Counted from the first letter of the stretch, positions 20,635-31,786 are shown. The stretch: DNA of 64,000 nt from Candidatus Heimdallarchaeota archaeon (GCA_019057815.1 JAHLWR010000003.1:96001-160000), one strand, 5' to 3'. Notes: generated from the letters alone by a model not told the origin. A program made the numbers and translations.

Positions 20635-20954
20635 GTACAAGTTCTAGGGAATGATATTATAATTGCATCAGACGAGAGCCATGGTAGCGTTAGATTTTAA
20701 CACTATGAAACCTCTTATCACTGTAAGTATTCTTGATTCAATCAACCTAATGTCCAAAAGTATCATATCTTTCACAGAAAATCTTCTGAAAGGTTTGAAA
20801 CCAAATATTGAGAATATCAAGAAGCATATGGAAAGAAATTTGATATCTGTAACTAAACTTGCACAAATAATCGGTTATGATAAAGCTGAAGAATTTGCCA
20901 TTAAAGCCCATGAAACTAACAAAACAATCAAGGAATAGTTTCAGAATCAGATTT
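20635..20954 (+). pseudogene. fumC: C-terminal fragment of class II fumarase/aspartase
   Basis: VQVLGND (upstream frame), then N.MKPLI...IGYDKA...KAHETNKTIKE. Frameshifted and lacking the N-terminus. Confidence 0.85.
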
Positions 20955-21147
20955 AAAAAATAAAGAGAAAGCAAAGGAATATGAGAAGTTAAAAGTGAAT
21001 TTAGCAAGAAAGTATCACTCAAATAAGGAAGAGTATACAAGAGCTAAGGGTCCTTTTATTGAAAAAATGATTAGAGAAGCAAAATCTCAGATTCCTTCAC
21101 TTTGATCAAGATATTCTTTACCACTAACTACTTTTTTAACTATAAGG
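20955..21147 (+). repeat. Direct repeat copy B (orphan grpB-like 3' end)
   Basis: Counterpart of 19514-19706. Confidence 0.93.
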
Positions 21148-21251
21148 TTTTGGGACATGCTTACAAACGATATTTTCTTTTTTTCTTTTCTTTTTAATGA
21201 AATAAACAAATATATTAATGAGAATAAATAACATATTGAAGTGAATGCTAA

Positions 21252-23942
21252 TTGCTAAAGGAAACTAATAAAAGGTCAACCATAATATTGTTACTACTGC
21301 CACTTTTATTGATATCAATCTGCTTTTTCACTGTATATTCGAGTGATATTTCAACTTACTACCAAAATTATGATGAAATTATAACAAATTCTTTCCCTGA
21401 TTATTTAACGTTTAATGAAAATGCTTCCTTTATTCACACACCAAAATTTCAAAGAGATACAGTTATTCAAGAGTTCACTTTGGAGGATTATACTCATCTA
21501 GGTTTTTTCTCATGTGAAACAGCGTTAGGTGACAAAAATTTTCCACTGATGACAATTATATGGGCACCTAGTTCGTTTTATGAAGAGTACCTTAGTTTAT
21601 CTTTGTTTGAAGGAGAAATATTTATAGGAAGTTCACTAAGAAACGAATATTTTAATTATACAACAACGCTCTTTACTTCATTTAAACCTGCAGAAAGCTT
21701 GATTATTAATAGTTCTTTTACTCTAAAAAATTTCATACAAATAGAAGATATCTTTATTGGGAAAATGCTTTCAAGCCTACAGAGAGACAAATTAGGAACA
21801 AATAGTAACTACATTTGTATGACAGATGATACTTTTAACACTATTTTTAGTGAACATATAAACAATTTCGGTTTTTATAATATTTTTATGTTTAAATTCG
21901 ATAGAGAAACAATTTATTCTCTTCCAATTGATCAAATCAAGAAATTTCTTGACACTAATGAGAGAAATATCAATTCTTACTTTGAATACCAAGCAGATAA
22001 TGATTTGATTTTTATTCAGTTTTCCTTAAAAGGGGAATTAGAAAGGTTTGATGAGCGATACAGTGGAGTAAAAATATTCCAAATGTTAATTATTTATTTA
22101 GTTGTTACCTTTTTAGCTACAATCTCATTGGCATTTACGGTAGAATCATATATCACTAACCAAAGAACTACAATTAATTTATTCAGATTGAGAGGAGGAA
22201 AAAGGTATGATATTTTTAAGAAGTATTTTAATATAGAATTAAAATTAATAATTCTAACAAGTCTTATAGTATATATCTTCTCGATAGGGTATATTGCTAT
22301 TGTGGCTCCAGCTTTCTTACATTTTAATACAAACTTCTTTAAGCTTGCAGGATCAGTACTTTCATTTGTTATCCTCTGTGGAAGCATTCAAATATCTATG
22401 CTAGTAAGATACATTTCACAAATAAGGACTGTAGAATACAGTTCTACTGTCCTAATGCAAAAAATGAAGAATATCATAAAAGATTTATTATTTTCGCTCA
22501 TTCCAACATTGTTTTGCGTTCTTTTATACTTCATCCTATTTGCGATGCTATTGGGTAATGAAGTTTTTGTGAATTACTGGATATTAGGACTCTTTTACGT
22601 TGCAGTGTTGATGTTAAGTTTTATTATTACAAGAAACAGGATTTTAAGAGTGGGTACGCTAATATTTTCAGCGTTTTCCAAGTTATATAATCTCTTTTCT
22701 TACACAAAAGAATTTTCACAAAAAGTATTATTAAAGAGATTAAAAATGTCTAAATTATTAATAGTATACATTATAATTCTGTCTCTATTTTTCTCAATGT
22801 TTGATTCCTTTAATTCCTACGAAACTAGAAATGAAGTCTATAATGAAGTTGGTGACTTGACCATTGTGTACCCAAAATCAAGCAGTTATCAGGTGCAACA
22901 AACCCTAGCTCAATATATTGATTTATCAATCGAATTTTCTCATTTTCGAATTCATAAACAATACATAGATGCTGAAAATTCATTAAGAAATATAAATATT
23001 GATAGTTACATTTTAAATCATAGTAAGATTAATGATTTGTTTGAATGTGAGAAGTTCAAGAAATCTTATGCTGGTCTAGAAGATCTTGAAATTATTAAAT
23101 CAAAGTTCCATAATAGTAATGCAACTATAGTTTCTGAAACTTTATCTTCTGAATTGCAAAAGGAGATAGGAAATACTCTTATTCTTAAAATAGCAACACA
23201 TAGTACTTACAGAGCAGAGATAATAGATATTGTCGAGATTCTACCTGTTTTTTCATGGATAAGTATGAACTATTTTTTCCCAAGTGCAGTTTCAAACTAC
23301 ATATTATTAAATAATGAATTTACAGAAAACATTTCTGAATTAGAAATTAGTGAGACTTGGACAATCCTTTTTACAAATAATTCATGTGACCGTAATCAAC
23401 TAATAGAGATAATAAACAACTTAAACAATGATCTACACTTGGGTATCTCAATCATAGATTTTGGGGAGACAAATCTAATAGATGAAAATTATGCGGGAAT
23501 TATGATAAATTCAACACAAATAGTAATTATAATAGTAATTCTGAGTGTTGCACTTAGTTTTTTCACATTAGAATATTGTAGACAAATGTTTAGTGAACAA
23601 CTTAATGGTTTTAGAGTATTTTTTGCTAGAGGAGTTCCAATAAGAAAAGGTTTATTCCTCGCTTTAGTGCCATTACTCTTGTTTATTTATTATATCACCG
23701 TAATAGGAAATATTTTCGGTTGGTTGTTAACTTTTATAATCTCAAGCGAAATGCAACCGTTTGATTATTTAAAAGTACGATTATCGATTTTTCCTTATTC
23801 ATTATTGTTCCTTGTCGCACAATTATCTTTATTATCAATTATAACTTGCATAACAGGATATCTTAGTTATAAGAAACTTAAATCAAGATTACCAGAAATC
23901 ATTTCAACAGATAACCTAACGATTAAATTAGAGGAGAGTTAA
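21252..23942 (+). CDS. Large FtsX/MacB-like ABC permease
   Basis: Two TM clusters, each preceded by a large extracytoplasmic domain; LFRLRGG and FFARGV FtsX-type motifs; upstream of a LolD-type ATPase. Confidence 0.8.
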   Translation: MLKETNKRSTIILLLLPLLLISICFFTVYSSDISTYYQNYDEIITNSFPDYLTFNENASFIHTPKFQRDTVIQEFTLEDYTHLGFFSCETALGDKNFPLMTIIWAPSSFYEEYLSLSLFEGEIFIGSSLRNEYFNYTTTLFTSFKPAESLIINSSFTLKNFIQIEDIFIGKMLSSLQRDKLGTNSNYICMTDDTFNTIFSEHINNFGFYNIFMFKFDRETIYSLPIDQIKKFLDTNERNINSYFEYQADNDLIFIQFSLKGELERFDERYSGVKIFQMLIIYLVVTFLATISLAFTVESYITNQRTTINLFRLRGGKRYDIFKKYFNIELKLIILTSLIVYIFSIGYIAIVAPAFLHFNTNFFKLAGSVLSFVILCGSIQISMLVRYISQIRTVEYSSTVLMQKMKNIIKDLLFSLIPTLFCVLLYFILFAMLLGNEVFVNYWILGLFYVAVLMLSFIITRNRILRVGTLIFSAFSKLYNLFSYTKEFSQKVLLKRLKMSKLLIVYIIILSLFFSMFDSFNSYETRNEVYNEVGDLTIVYPKSSSYQVQQTLAQYIDLSIEFSHFRIHKQYIDAENSLRNINIDSYILNHSKINDLFECEKFKKSYAGLEDLEIIKSKFHNSNATIVSETLSSELQKEIGNTLILKIATHSTYRAEIIDIVEILPVFSWISMNYFFPSAVSNYILLNNEFTENISELEISETWTILFTNNSCDRNQLIEIINNLNNDLHLGISIIDFGETNLIDENYAGIMINSTQIVIIIVILSVALSFFTLEYCRQMFSEQLNGFRVFFARGVPIRKGLFLALVPLLLFIYYITVIGNIFGWLLTFIISSEMQPFDYLKVRLSIFPYSLLFLVAQLSLLSIITCITGYLSYKKLKSRLPEIISTDNLTIKLEES

Positions 23943-26594
23943 GTGAAAATAACTTATTTACTTTCAAAAGGTCAGAGAAAATTACTTGTAATAGAGTTTA
24001 TAATTATTTTCTCTTTATTTATTGGTACTTCTTTCCTTTTTTGCACATATTTATCAGAATATCATAAAGAATATTCAAATCTTGTAACAGCAAATAACGA
24101 CCCAGATTATGAAGTACAAGCAGATCAAAGGTTTTCGTCATATTTGTTATCTCATAGTTCTTTCGTTGGTCAATTTGGAGGTTATAAATACCAATCAATA
24201 GTTAATATCCCCAAGAGTTTAGTAAATGTCCAAGTTAAAAACAATAGTTTCGATAAATATAATCTTATATTAATTAATTCGGAGATTAATGAAGCTGTGA
24301 ATGCTGATTTACATGACAATGAAATCATGATACTTTTACGTAATTCTGATGAAATACAAGTTTCAGATATTTCTATCAATTGGAATTTTTATGTAGAAAA
24401 CGAGAGTCTATCGGTTATCAACATTGTAAATGAGACATTCTTTAAACCTGCTTTTTCTTCAATGAACAATTTGCTGGTTAACCATGCTTTGCAAAATTTT
24501 AACATAATTATTTATGAAACATTTTTCTTTAAAATTGCCCAAAAAGTAAGTTATAACACTTTGTTGAATATTGCAGCCTTAAATACTACTTCTCTTTTCT
24601 CTTTCTTTCGGTGGAACAAAACAGAGTATCTCAACTCTTTACCAAAACGAGTACAAGAAGCACATGACATATGGACAAATACTATAAGGAATGGTTTTTT
24701 ACAATTTTATGGTTTCTTTGATGCAGTCAGCGGACCTTACGCTCAGATCGATTTTAACGATATTTTCGCAGATAAAGTATCGAAACTTACTCAAAAAATG
24801 AATGCTGTTTTTATAAGCACATCTATTATAGCATTGATTATTTCTTCAATTTTCCTTTTTACAACATATAATTTTCTCAAACAAAGTCAAACAGATTTAA
24901 GGCGTGTTTTAAAGAGTTTCAGCGAGAAAGGTGCTAGTTATTCAACTCTAAGTAGGAGGATAATTTTCCTGCACATTCTTGTTTCGCTGTTCTGTTTGAT
25001 TTTTTCTCTCTGTGTATCCTTTTCATTCTTATTTATCAATAAAATTAATAGATGGTCTTACTCAAACTTACTTATAATAATAGTTCATTTAATAGTTATA
25101 TTTCTCATAAGCTTCTTTCAATTTAGACTAAACTCAGCTGTTCAATTGAAGGAAACCTTGAGAGAGAAGAGGAAAAGAACATCATATTCAAAATCGGAAA
25201 TAATAAGCGTTATTATTCAATCTTCAGCAATATTAGTAATCGTTCTGACTATAACTGTCTTTTGGACGATAAACAAGACAACTCTTGGATCCGGAGGACT
25301 GACTACAGGAGCAATTTGGTTAATTTCATTAGGTATTCTTAGTTTTACTACTCTTCTACTTTTCACTCCTAGAATATTACCACTTGCAGTAAAAAGAGTA
25401 GTAAATAAACTTCTATCCCTTTTTACAGATCTATATTCATTTATCACCAGACTTTTTACATCAATTTACAGAAGTAAAAAACAAGCTTGGTTACTCAGCT
25501 TCTACTTACTCTTTTTTACTTCGTTTCTAACATTAAGTTATTCAACACTTCAAAACCATCAAGAACAATTATATTTATCAGCAAAATTGGGAGATGCAAC
25601 AGTAATTATTGATTCAGACGCTGTTTCAGATGTAATCAAGATAGGTGGAAAAGAGAATTGCGTGGTCTCTTATTTAGACACTGTGAGTACGGTAAAAGGT
25701 GTGTTCTATATGTTATATCTTAATAATCCATTGAAATTTTATGAAAATGCTTTTTTTGCAACTGAATGTTTTCAAGAGATGGAAAATTATGAGGTTTTTA
25801 ATCTTTTGAATAGCTCATCTGACTATTTTATAACTTCTAGTCTCATTGCAAACGCATTTTATTATTCCATAGGGGACAATGTTTCAATTCCAAGAACTTC
25901 TCATGATTTTAGCATCAATTATGAAAATAAAATTCTCTTAGACATAGCAAAATATTTACCGTTTTATTTTCCAACAGGTGATATAAATTGGTATGTGATG
26001 AAACAAGATATATTAAAAACAAATGATACCCATTATCAATTCGCATATATTAGTATTAAGAAAGATAACAATAATATTGAAGATTTAATCTTTTTCTTGG
26101 ATGAACAAAAAATATGGTACTCGATAAATGAATATGACGAAAATGTGTTATCAATTGAAAATACAAATGAAAGTTTTGTAGAAGGATTAAAACTTCCAGT
26201 TATTTTCATAAACATAACTATCCCAGCAATTCTAGCATTAATTCTGTTAGATATTCAAAAAACAAGCAAGGAACAATTTTCATATCTCAATCTGAGAGGT
26301 TTAAAAAAATCTGTTTCTGTTTTTGCAATTTCTAACTGGTTTTCAATCCATATGTTACTAACTATTATTTTAACCATGTTAATTTCGATTCTTGGTCTTC
26401 AAATTATTCTGTTTATAAGAAATTCTTCTTATGGTTTACCCGTAACACTGAATATTTCTAGTGTTTTTTTTGTAACACCGCTTATTCTTATAATTGTTAC
26501 ATTAGTAGTACCCTATTCCTCATCTTTACTTCTGAGGATTATGGGACAAAAACAATCTTCCAAATTCATAATCAAAGGTGATAATAATGAGTAA
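23943..26594 (+). CDS. Large FtsX/MacB-like ABC permease (second subunit)
   Basis: Same architecture; FSEKGAS and LNLRGL motifs; abuts the previous gene. Confidence 0.78.
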   Translation: MKITYLLSKGQRKLLVIEFIIIFSLFIGTSFLFCTYLSEYHKEYSNLVTANNDPDYEVQADQRFSSYLLSHSSFVGQFGGYKYQSIVNIPKSLVNVQVKNNSFDKYNLILINSEINEAVNADLHDNEIMILLRNSDEIQVSDISINWNFYVENESLSVINIVNETFFKPAFSSMNNLLVNHALQNFNIIIYETFFFKIAQKVSYNTLLNIAALNTTSLFSFFRWNKTEYLNSLPKRVQEAHDIWTNTIRNGFLQFYGFFDAVSGPYAQIDFNDIFADKVSKLTQKMNAVFISTSIIALIISSIFLFTTYNFLKQSQTDLRRVLKSFSEKGASYSTLSRRIIFLHILVSLFCLIFSLCVSFSFLFINKINRWSYSNLLIIIVHLIVIFLISFFQFRLNSAVQLKETLREKRKRTSYSKSEIISVIIQSSAILVIVLTITVFWTINKTTLGSGGLTTGAIWLISLGILSFTTLLLFTPRILPLAVKRVVNKLLSLFTDLYSFITRLFTSIYRSKKQAWLLSFYLLFFTSFLTLSYSTLQNHQEQLYLSAKLGDATVIIDSDAVSDVIKIGGKENCVVSYLDTVSTVKGVFYMLYLNNPLKFYENAFFATECFQEMENYEVFNLLNSSSDYFITSSLIANAFYYSIGDNVSIPRTSHDFSINYENKILLDIAKYLPFYFPTGDINWYVMKQDILKTNDTHYQFAYISIKKDNNNIEDLIFFLDEQKIWYSINEYDENVLSIENTNESFVEGLKLPVIFINITIPAILALILLDIQKTSKEQFSYLNLRGLKKSVSVFAISNWFSIHMLLTIILTMLISILGLQIILFIRNSSYGLPVTLNISSVFFVTPLILIIVTLVVPYSSSLLLRIMGQKQSSKFIIKGDNNE

Positions 26595-27273
26595 AAATAC
26601 CCAACCAATCGTTCAAATAGTAGATTTAGTGCAAATTTATAAAGGAAAAGTCGAGACAATAGCTCTCCCTGGGATTAATCTAAAAATAAATCGGGGTGAG
26701 AGAGTTGTAATAAGAGGAAAATCTGGAATTGGAAAAACAACTTTACTTCATTGTTTAGCAGGAATTCTTAAACCATCAGCTGGAAAGATAATCATTGAAA
26801 ATAGAAATATTGTAGACTTTAACGAGGATCAACTAGCAGATTATAGGTGTACAACTGTTGGGTTAATTTATCAATCATACAATCTTGCTCCATTTTTAAC
26901 AGTCGAAGAAAATATTGAATTTCCCATGGTTATAGCGAAAATTAGAAGAGAAAAACGAAAGGACAGGATTCTTGAGCTTGTTGACTTGCTTGAAATTGAA
27001 AGATATCTTAATCAAAAACCCCCTTATCTGAGTGGAGGAGAACAACAAAGAGTCGCTATTGCAGTTGCTTTAGCTAATAAACCTGCTATCATACTAGCGG
27101 ATGAACCTACAGGGAATTTAGATACAGAAACTTCTGATCAAGTATACAAGCTGCTTTCAAATATGTGTATAGCTCATAATACTACATTAGTCATGGCTTC
27201 ACATGATCCTGAAGCCAAAAGTTATGCTGATCGCGAGATTGTACTTTCTAAATTAAAGTCACATGACTTATAA
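26587..27273 (+). CDS. ABC ATP-binding protein (LolD/MacB family)
   Basis: GKSGIGKTT, LSGGEQQRVAIA, ILADEPTGNLD, SHD. Confidence 0.95.
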   Translation: MSKNTQPIVQIVDLVQIYKGKVETIALPGINLKINRGERVVIRGKSGIGKTTLLHCLAGILKPSAGKIIIENRNIVDFNEDQLADYRCTTVGLIYQSYNLAPFLTVEENIEFPMVIAKIRREKRKDRILELVDLLEIERYLNQKPPYLSGGEQQRVAIAVALANKPAIILADEPTGNLDTETSDQVYKLLSNMCIAHNTTLVMASHDPEAKSYADREIVLSKLKSHDL

Positions 27274-27351
27274 TTCTCAAGAATCCCAACAGTTATTGCT
27301 GGTTGAAGATCACCTATCTATGATTTAAATTCAATAATTTTTCGAGTGACA

Positions 27352-28656
27352 TTAAGAAACTTTTGGAGTTTTAATCTTCTTTCCTTCTCCTCTCAATAAA
27401 AGATTAATGATAAACATAGTAGCTCCAACAATTACGAAAAGTAAAGGAATTGAATAATCTCCAAGTAAACCAAATAATGGTGCAAAGATAAGCACTAATA
27501 TTGATTTTATCTGCGACTCTACGCTTAACATAGTTACTCTCTGTTCCTTTTTCATAGTTTCTCCTAGATAGTCGACACACAACGGTCTCCTAATGTTTTG
27601 CAAAATGTATATTATTAAATAGAGAATGGTGACTACTATAGGAATTTCAATATAAACGAATAACGCGTTCAAAAGCAGTAATGCACCAAATATGTAGAAA
27701 ATAATATCCATTCCTTTTTTAGCTGATTTGAAATAATTTTTTACTAGATAAGCGTTCCTAGAAGAAAATGATGAAAGTAGATAGAAAAGTGTGTACAGTA
27801 AGCCCAAAATGATTGAAATAATGTCCTCTTCTGAGATATTTAGACTACTTAAACCTAAATGCAATATCATCGCTGCAATTAATATTTGAATAATGGGTTG
27901 AATGTAGTCTTTCAATGTTCTGAAAATAGCATCATAAGTCGCAGAAGAAAAAAGTCCTTTAACTAATCTTCTATTCTTCAAAGCTGCAAATATATCCTTA
28001 AAACCACTTGCCATTTCTTTCCAGCTAGATTGAGTGTGGGGAACATGTTCATTCATGTAGGACGGATAAGTGGTGATGAGAATAAAATCGAGGATATAAG
28101 GAATAATTGTAATTAAGAATAACCAATTGCTAGCAGGAGCAAAGATTATTATAAAGATTGCTAAAATACCTGAAAGAGCAGAACCTAATAACGACCAAGA
28201 TCTTGTTCTACCATATACAAAGGTTTTGTGATCTTGATAATTGTTTTTATCCATCCAGAGCAAGATCATAGCTTTATGAGTACCAGAGCGAAAAGCTTCA
28301 CCCAAACCAAAAAAAACAGAAGCGAAAATTAAAACAGTCCAATTGGGTCCAGAACCAAAGAAGAAGAAAACAAAGGAAGAGATATAAAAAACAAAACAAA
28401 CTAGGAGTTCGTTCTTTTTACCATATTTGTCTGCAATGATGCCTGAAGGTACTTCGAAGACATAGGTGATTATTTCTCGGATTAAAACCAATAACCCTAT
28501 TTGAAAAAGATTTAACCCCCAAGCTAAAAGAATAATCAACAAGTAAGGTTCAAAGAATCGAAGATTCTTAAAAAAACCATAAAGCTGGAATTTTTTCATA
28601 ATAGGAGCTTTAAGTATCTCAGTTTGAAGCGCATCGTACTTGGGAACATCGGGCAT
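27352..28656 (-). CDS. MFS transporter
   Basis: FEVPSGIIADKYGKK (motif A), GEAFRSGT, about 12 TM segments. Confidence 0.9.
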   Translation of the reverse strand: MPDVPKYDALQTEILKAPIMKKFQLYGFFKNLRFFEPYLLIILLAWGLNLFQIGLLVLIREIITYVFEVPSGIIADKYGKKNELLVCFVFYISSFVFFFFGSGPNWTVLIFASVFFGLGEAFRSGTHKAMILLWMDKNNYQDHKTFVYGRTRSWSLLGSALSGILAIFIIIFAPASNWLFLITIIPYILDFILITTYPSYMNEHVPHTQSSWKEMASGFKDIFAALKNRRLVKGLFSSATYDAIFRTLKDYIQPIIQILIAAMILHLGLSSLNISEEDIISIILGLLYTLFYLLSSFSSRNAYLVKNYFKSAKKGMDIIFYIFGALLLLNALFVYIEIPIVVTILYLIIYILQNIRRPLCVDYLGETMKKEQRVTMLSVESQIKSILVLIFAPLFGLLGDYSIPLLFVIVGATMFIINLLLRGEGKKIKTPKVS

Positions 28657-28915
28657 AATTAGGTGAAGATTTCGTAACTTTTTAAATATCTATTTGCTAA
28701 AACAAAAGCTATTATTTTCCTATTTGAATATTAGTAAAAACAATCAGTTGATTATAAAATACTGTTTTAGTTAGTCTATTTCCAATCTTTGTTAACCATC
28801 TACACTTGACTGTTGACATAATTGGTGAGATTTCTTTTTCTGTGATTTGATAGACAGTTTAAGATGTTTTTGGGAGTAAATTAAATTAAATATCCAACAA
28901 AAATAATTGATTTCC

Positions 28916-29365
28916 TCAGTCTTTTTTCTTAGGTTTTTTCTTGATTGCTGTGAGCATTTTTACATCTTCTAAATCTTCAGGTTTATGAACTCTAATCCAC
29001 AACCATTTACCATCGTGGAATTTTTTTGTATTCTCATACAGTTGGACTATTTCTTGACTAAATTCTAATTTTAGCTCCTCAAATTTTTGTATTTCATTTT
29101 TACCAAAAACTAGTAGAATAGTGAAGCTTCCTTTTTCAGGAAAAAGAGAACATAAAGTTTTTCCACTTCTTCGATAACGAACAGTCCAACCATATTTCCT
29201 GCCATAAAACGTAGTTTCCGGAATAAAATCATAATTAATATCTAGAAAACTCCTTAAATCGATCCAAGCTGTATTTGCAGGTTTTTTTAAAAAGTATAAA
29301 ATATCTTTTTCTGTTGGTTTGATAGCTTCATCAAACATTCTCTGAGTTTCCTGTTTTGAGTTCAA
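28916..29365 (-). CDS. DUF3788-like protein
   Basis: YGRKYGW..RYR..GKTLCSLFPE and HDGKWLW. Confidence 0.8.
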   Translation of the reverse strand: MNSKQETQRMFDEAIKPTEKDILYFLKKPANTAWIDLRSFLDINYDFIPETTFYGRKYGWTVRYRRSGKTLCSLFPEKGSFTILLVFGKNEIQKFEELKLEFSQEIVQLYENTKKFHDGKWLWIRVHKPEDLEDVKMLTAIKKKPKKKD

Positions 29366-29653
29366 AAAACCACCAAATCAAAATCTTACGCTAAAATAAA
29401 TATCTATCACTTTTAAATATGACTATCTTATTTAGAGAAACAAAAATTCGAATCAAAATTCTATTATCTTTTCTTTTTATTCATTTCTTCAATTAAATTG
29501 TTTATTTTATCTGAGTGATAGGTTAATGCTTTTCCATTTGTGATAGCAGGATGTTCCATAAGGGTGGATTTTTTTTTGAGTTTTTCTACAATAGCTGTAA
29601 GTTTTAGTCTTCTTTATTTAGTTAAGGAAACAGGATTTTTACAAGAATTGCTT

Positions 29654-30025
29654 TTATGATAAACCTGCTTTTGTAGTTGAATCCAGAAGTAAGTGGCTAA
29701 AATAACCTGTAAATAAACCCAGTAGCGGATAAGCGATAAATACATTATCATATCTAGTTACTAATACAAAACTTATCACAAAACAAGCTGAGAAAACAAA
29801 GAATAGTATAAAGACTGAATGAAAGAATTTTCTATGATTCGGGCTTTTCGGAGGTTCTATAATGTCTGGTAAATGGGAACCAACCAGTATAAATGGTAAT
29901 GAAACAAGTAATGATAGTATCAGCAACCATGTACTAAATTCCGACGCTAAGAAATATCTTACTACTCCTATGATAGGTAGTCCAATTATCAATCCTCCTA
30001 GTGTATGAACGATTCTGTTCGGCAT
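29654..30025 (-). CDS. Membrane-bound metal-dependent hydrolase (YdjM-like)
   Basis: H...GSHLPD...HRKFFHS...SHLLLD. Confidence 0.85.
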   Translation of the reverse strand: MPNRIVHTLGGLIIGLPIIGVVRYFLASEFSTWLLILSLLVSLPFILVGSHLPDIIEPPKSPNHRKFFHSVFILFFVFSACFVISFVLVTRYDNVFIAYPLLGLFTGYFSHLLLDSTTKAGLS

Positions 30026-30207
30026 TGAGTTTCACTATAATATTATGTGTTTCATTTTTAAGGTCAAAGAATATACTATTCTTAAATTATCTTATATAGA
30101 TTCTCCATTCTCCATTCTTTAGTTTTAGTAATTCCTTAGTATTTCAAGTTCACGTGTATTCAGAAGTGACTGAAATGTTTAAAAGATGTTTTGTCTAAAA
30201 GCATGTT

Positions 30208-30657
30208 ATGAAAGCTGTTTTTATTGCATCAATGGTACCTGTTCAAGGACCAACGATAATCTCACTAAATCCTGATGATTATTTATCAAACAAGGAAAAA
30301 GAGGAGGTTGCTCTCATTAGTATGCCTGTAGGGGGTAAAGAGGGGGAGTTTTGCTCTGTTTCACTAAATAATTATCATGCATGTAGTATCCTAACAGTAC
30401 TTCCACCTATTGATGAAGAATTGGATACAAGAGACACTCCAACATCAATTGGTTTCTTACTAGATCCATATGAAAACCCTATTCCATACAAGAATCTTAT
30501 CGAAGATTTCATTGAAAAATGCAAGACTCATGGCATATTCACCTTAGATTTTTTGAAAAAGGCTCACCCTGAATTATTTAAACTTCAAAATTCTACTAGC
30601 ATAAAAATCCCCTTTGGTGAATCTAGTTCATTTAATATTAGTATCACAGGAAGATGA
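30208..30657 (+). CDS. Stand-alone uDENN/longin-like domain protein
   Basis: VFIASM.PVQGPTI...P...LSNKEKEEVALISMP resembles the uDENN start of the DENND6/AVL9/NPRL2 families. Confidence 0.6.
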   Translation: MKAVFIASMVPVQGPTIISLNPDDYLSNKEKEEVALISMPVGGKEGEFCSVSLNNYHACSILTVLPPIDEELDTRDTPTSIGFLLDPYENPIPYKNLIEDFIEKCKTHGIFTLDFLKKAHPELFKLQNSTSIKIPFGESSSFNISITGR

Positions 30658-30763
30658 AAAACACAAATTAGTGCACCATTCAATCTTTGAAAAACAATTA
30701 CAGTTTTTTTAGATGGTTTGATGGATAATCTTTAATTACAGCTAAAAGAGCTTCATGTAAAAG

Positions 30764-31747
30764 GTGTTATACTTGAAATTTAAAGAAAAAATAGCAAACT
30801 TACAAAAAAAACAAATAATTTATGGAATTTTAATTCTAGTTTTCTTAACTGTCTTCATAATCTATTTAGTTAGTCGATTTGTTGATGATACTTTTGTCGA
30901 GGTTATTTTTGATAATCTTAAAGGTGAATCTGAAGTAATTTACAAGGATTTTCTGAAAGCATATGTTGATTCATTTTTCATTTATGCTACTTGTCTAATT
31001 GCTATAATGTGGATAATGAATTTTATTCTCCGAACAGTTAAAAAGAGAGTCTCACCCGATTTTCACAACGCAATACGAGTAATTATAAGAGTCACTGTAA
31101 TACCTTTTTTTATTATAGCATATCTGAATAAATTTCCTGCATTTACTGGAGCCATAATTGGAGTAGCTGCAACGATAGGTATAGCTTTTGGTTTAGCAGC
31201 TTCTAGATATGTTAGTGATTTAATAACTGGTCTCTACATTCTTTTCAGTAAACATCATAATATTGGGGATTACTTAATCATACCATCTTTAAATATTGAG
31301 GGAATTGTACAAGAAATTTCAATTAACTATTTAATTATTCTCCAACCGGGTGGAACTACCTCTGTAATCCCAAACAACAAGTTGAAAGATCAAGATATCA
31401 TTAATATCACTGTCGTAAAAGAGGAAAAAAGTAGAGATGGTATTTCACAATTGATAATGTATGGTAAAAAAGTTTCAGAAGTTCAATATATCTATCCATT
31501 AAAATGGGCGTGCAACTCCGATGACTCCCATGAAATGATTGCAAAAGCTATTGAAGAAACTGGGGATGATTTCAAAGACTTTCTTGAAGATAAGGTAAAC
31601 TGGCACATTTCAAAGAGAAATAGATTAGACCGTGAATACACTATTATGTTAACTGTAATTGATTCTAAATCTCTACTTGCTTTAGTTCCCAAATTCACTA
31701 AAACTCTGGAAGAAAATTATGAAAAACTAAAGAACAAAAAAAGGTGA
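30764..31747 (+). CDS. mscS: Small-conductance mechanosensitive channel family protein
   Basis: IGIAFGLAA...SDLITGL...IGDYL...GIVQEI...IPN. Confidence 0.85.
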   Translation: MLYLKFKEKIANLQKKQIIYGILILVFLTVFIIYLVSRFVDDTFVEVIFDNLKGESEVIYKDFLKAYVDSFFIYATCLIAIMWIMNFILRTVKKRVSPDFHNAIRVIIRVTVIPFFIIAYLNKFPAFTGAIIGVAATIGIAFGLAASRYVSDLITGLYILFSKHHNIGDYLIIPSLNIEGIVQEISINYLIILQPGGTTSVIPNNKLKDQDIINITVVKEEKSRDGISQLIMYGKKVSEVQYIYPLKWACNSDDSHEMIAKAIEETGDDFKDFLEDKVNWHISKRNRLDREYTIMLTVIDSKSLLALVPKFTKTLEENYEKLKNKKR

Positions 31748-31786
31748 ACTTCTTTCCCTTTTTCTTTGAAAGTCAATAAGATTCGA

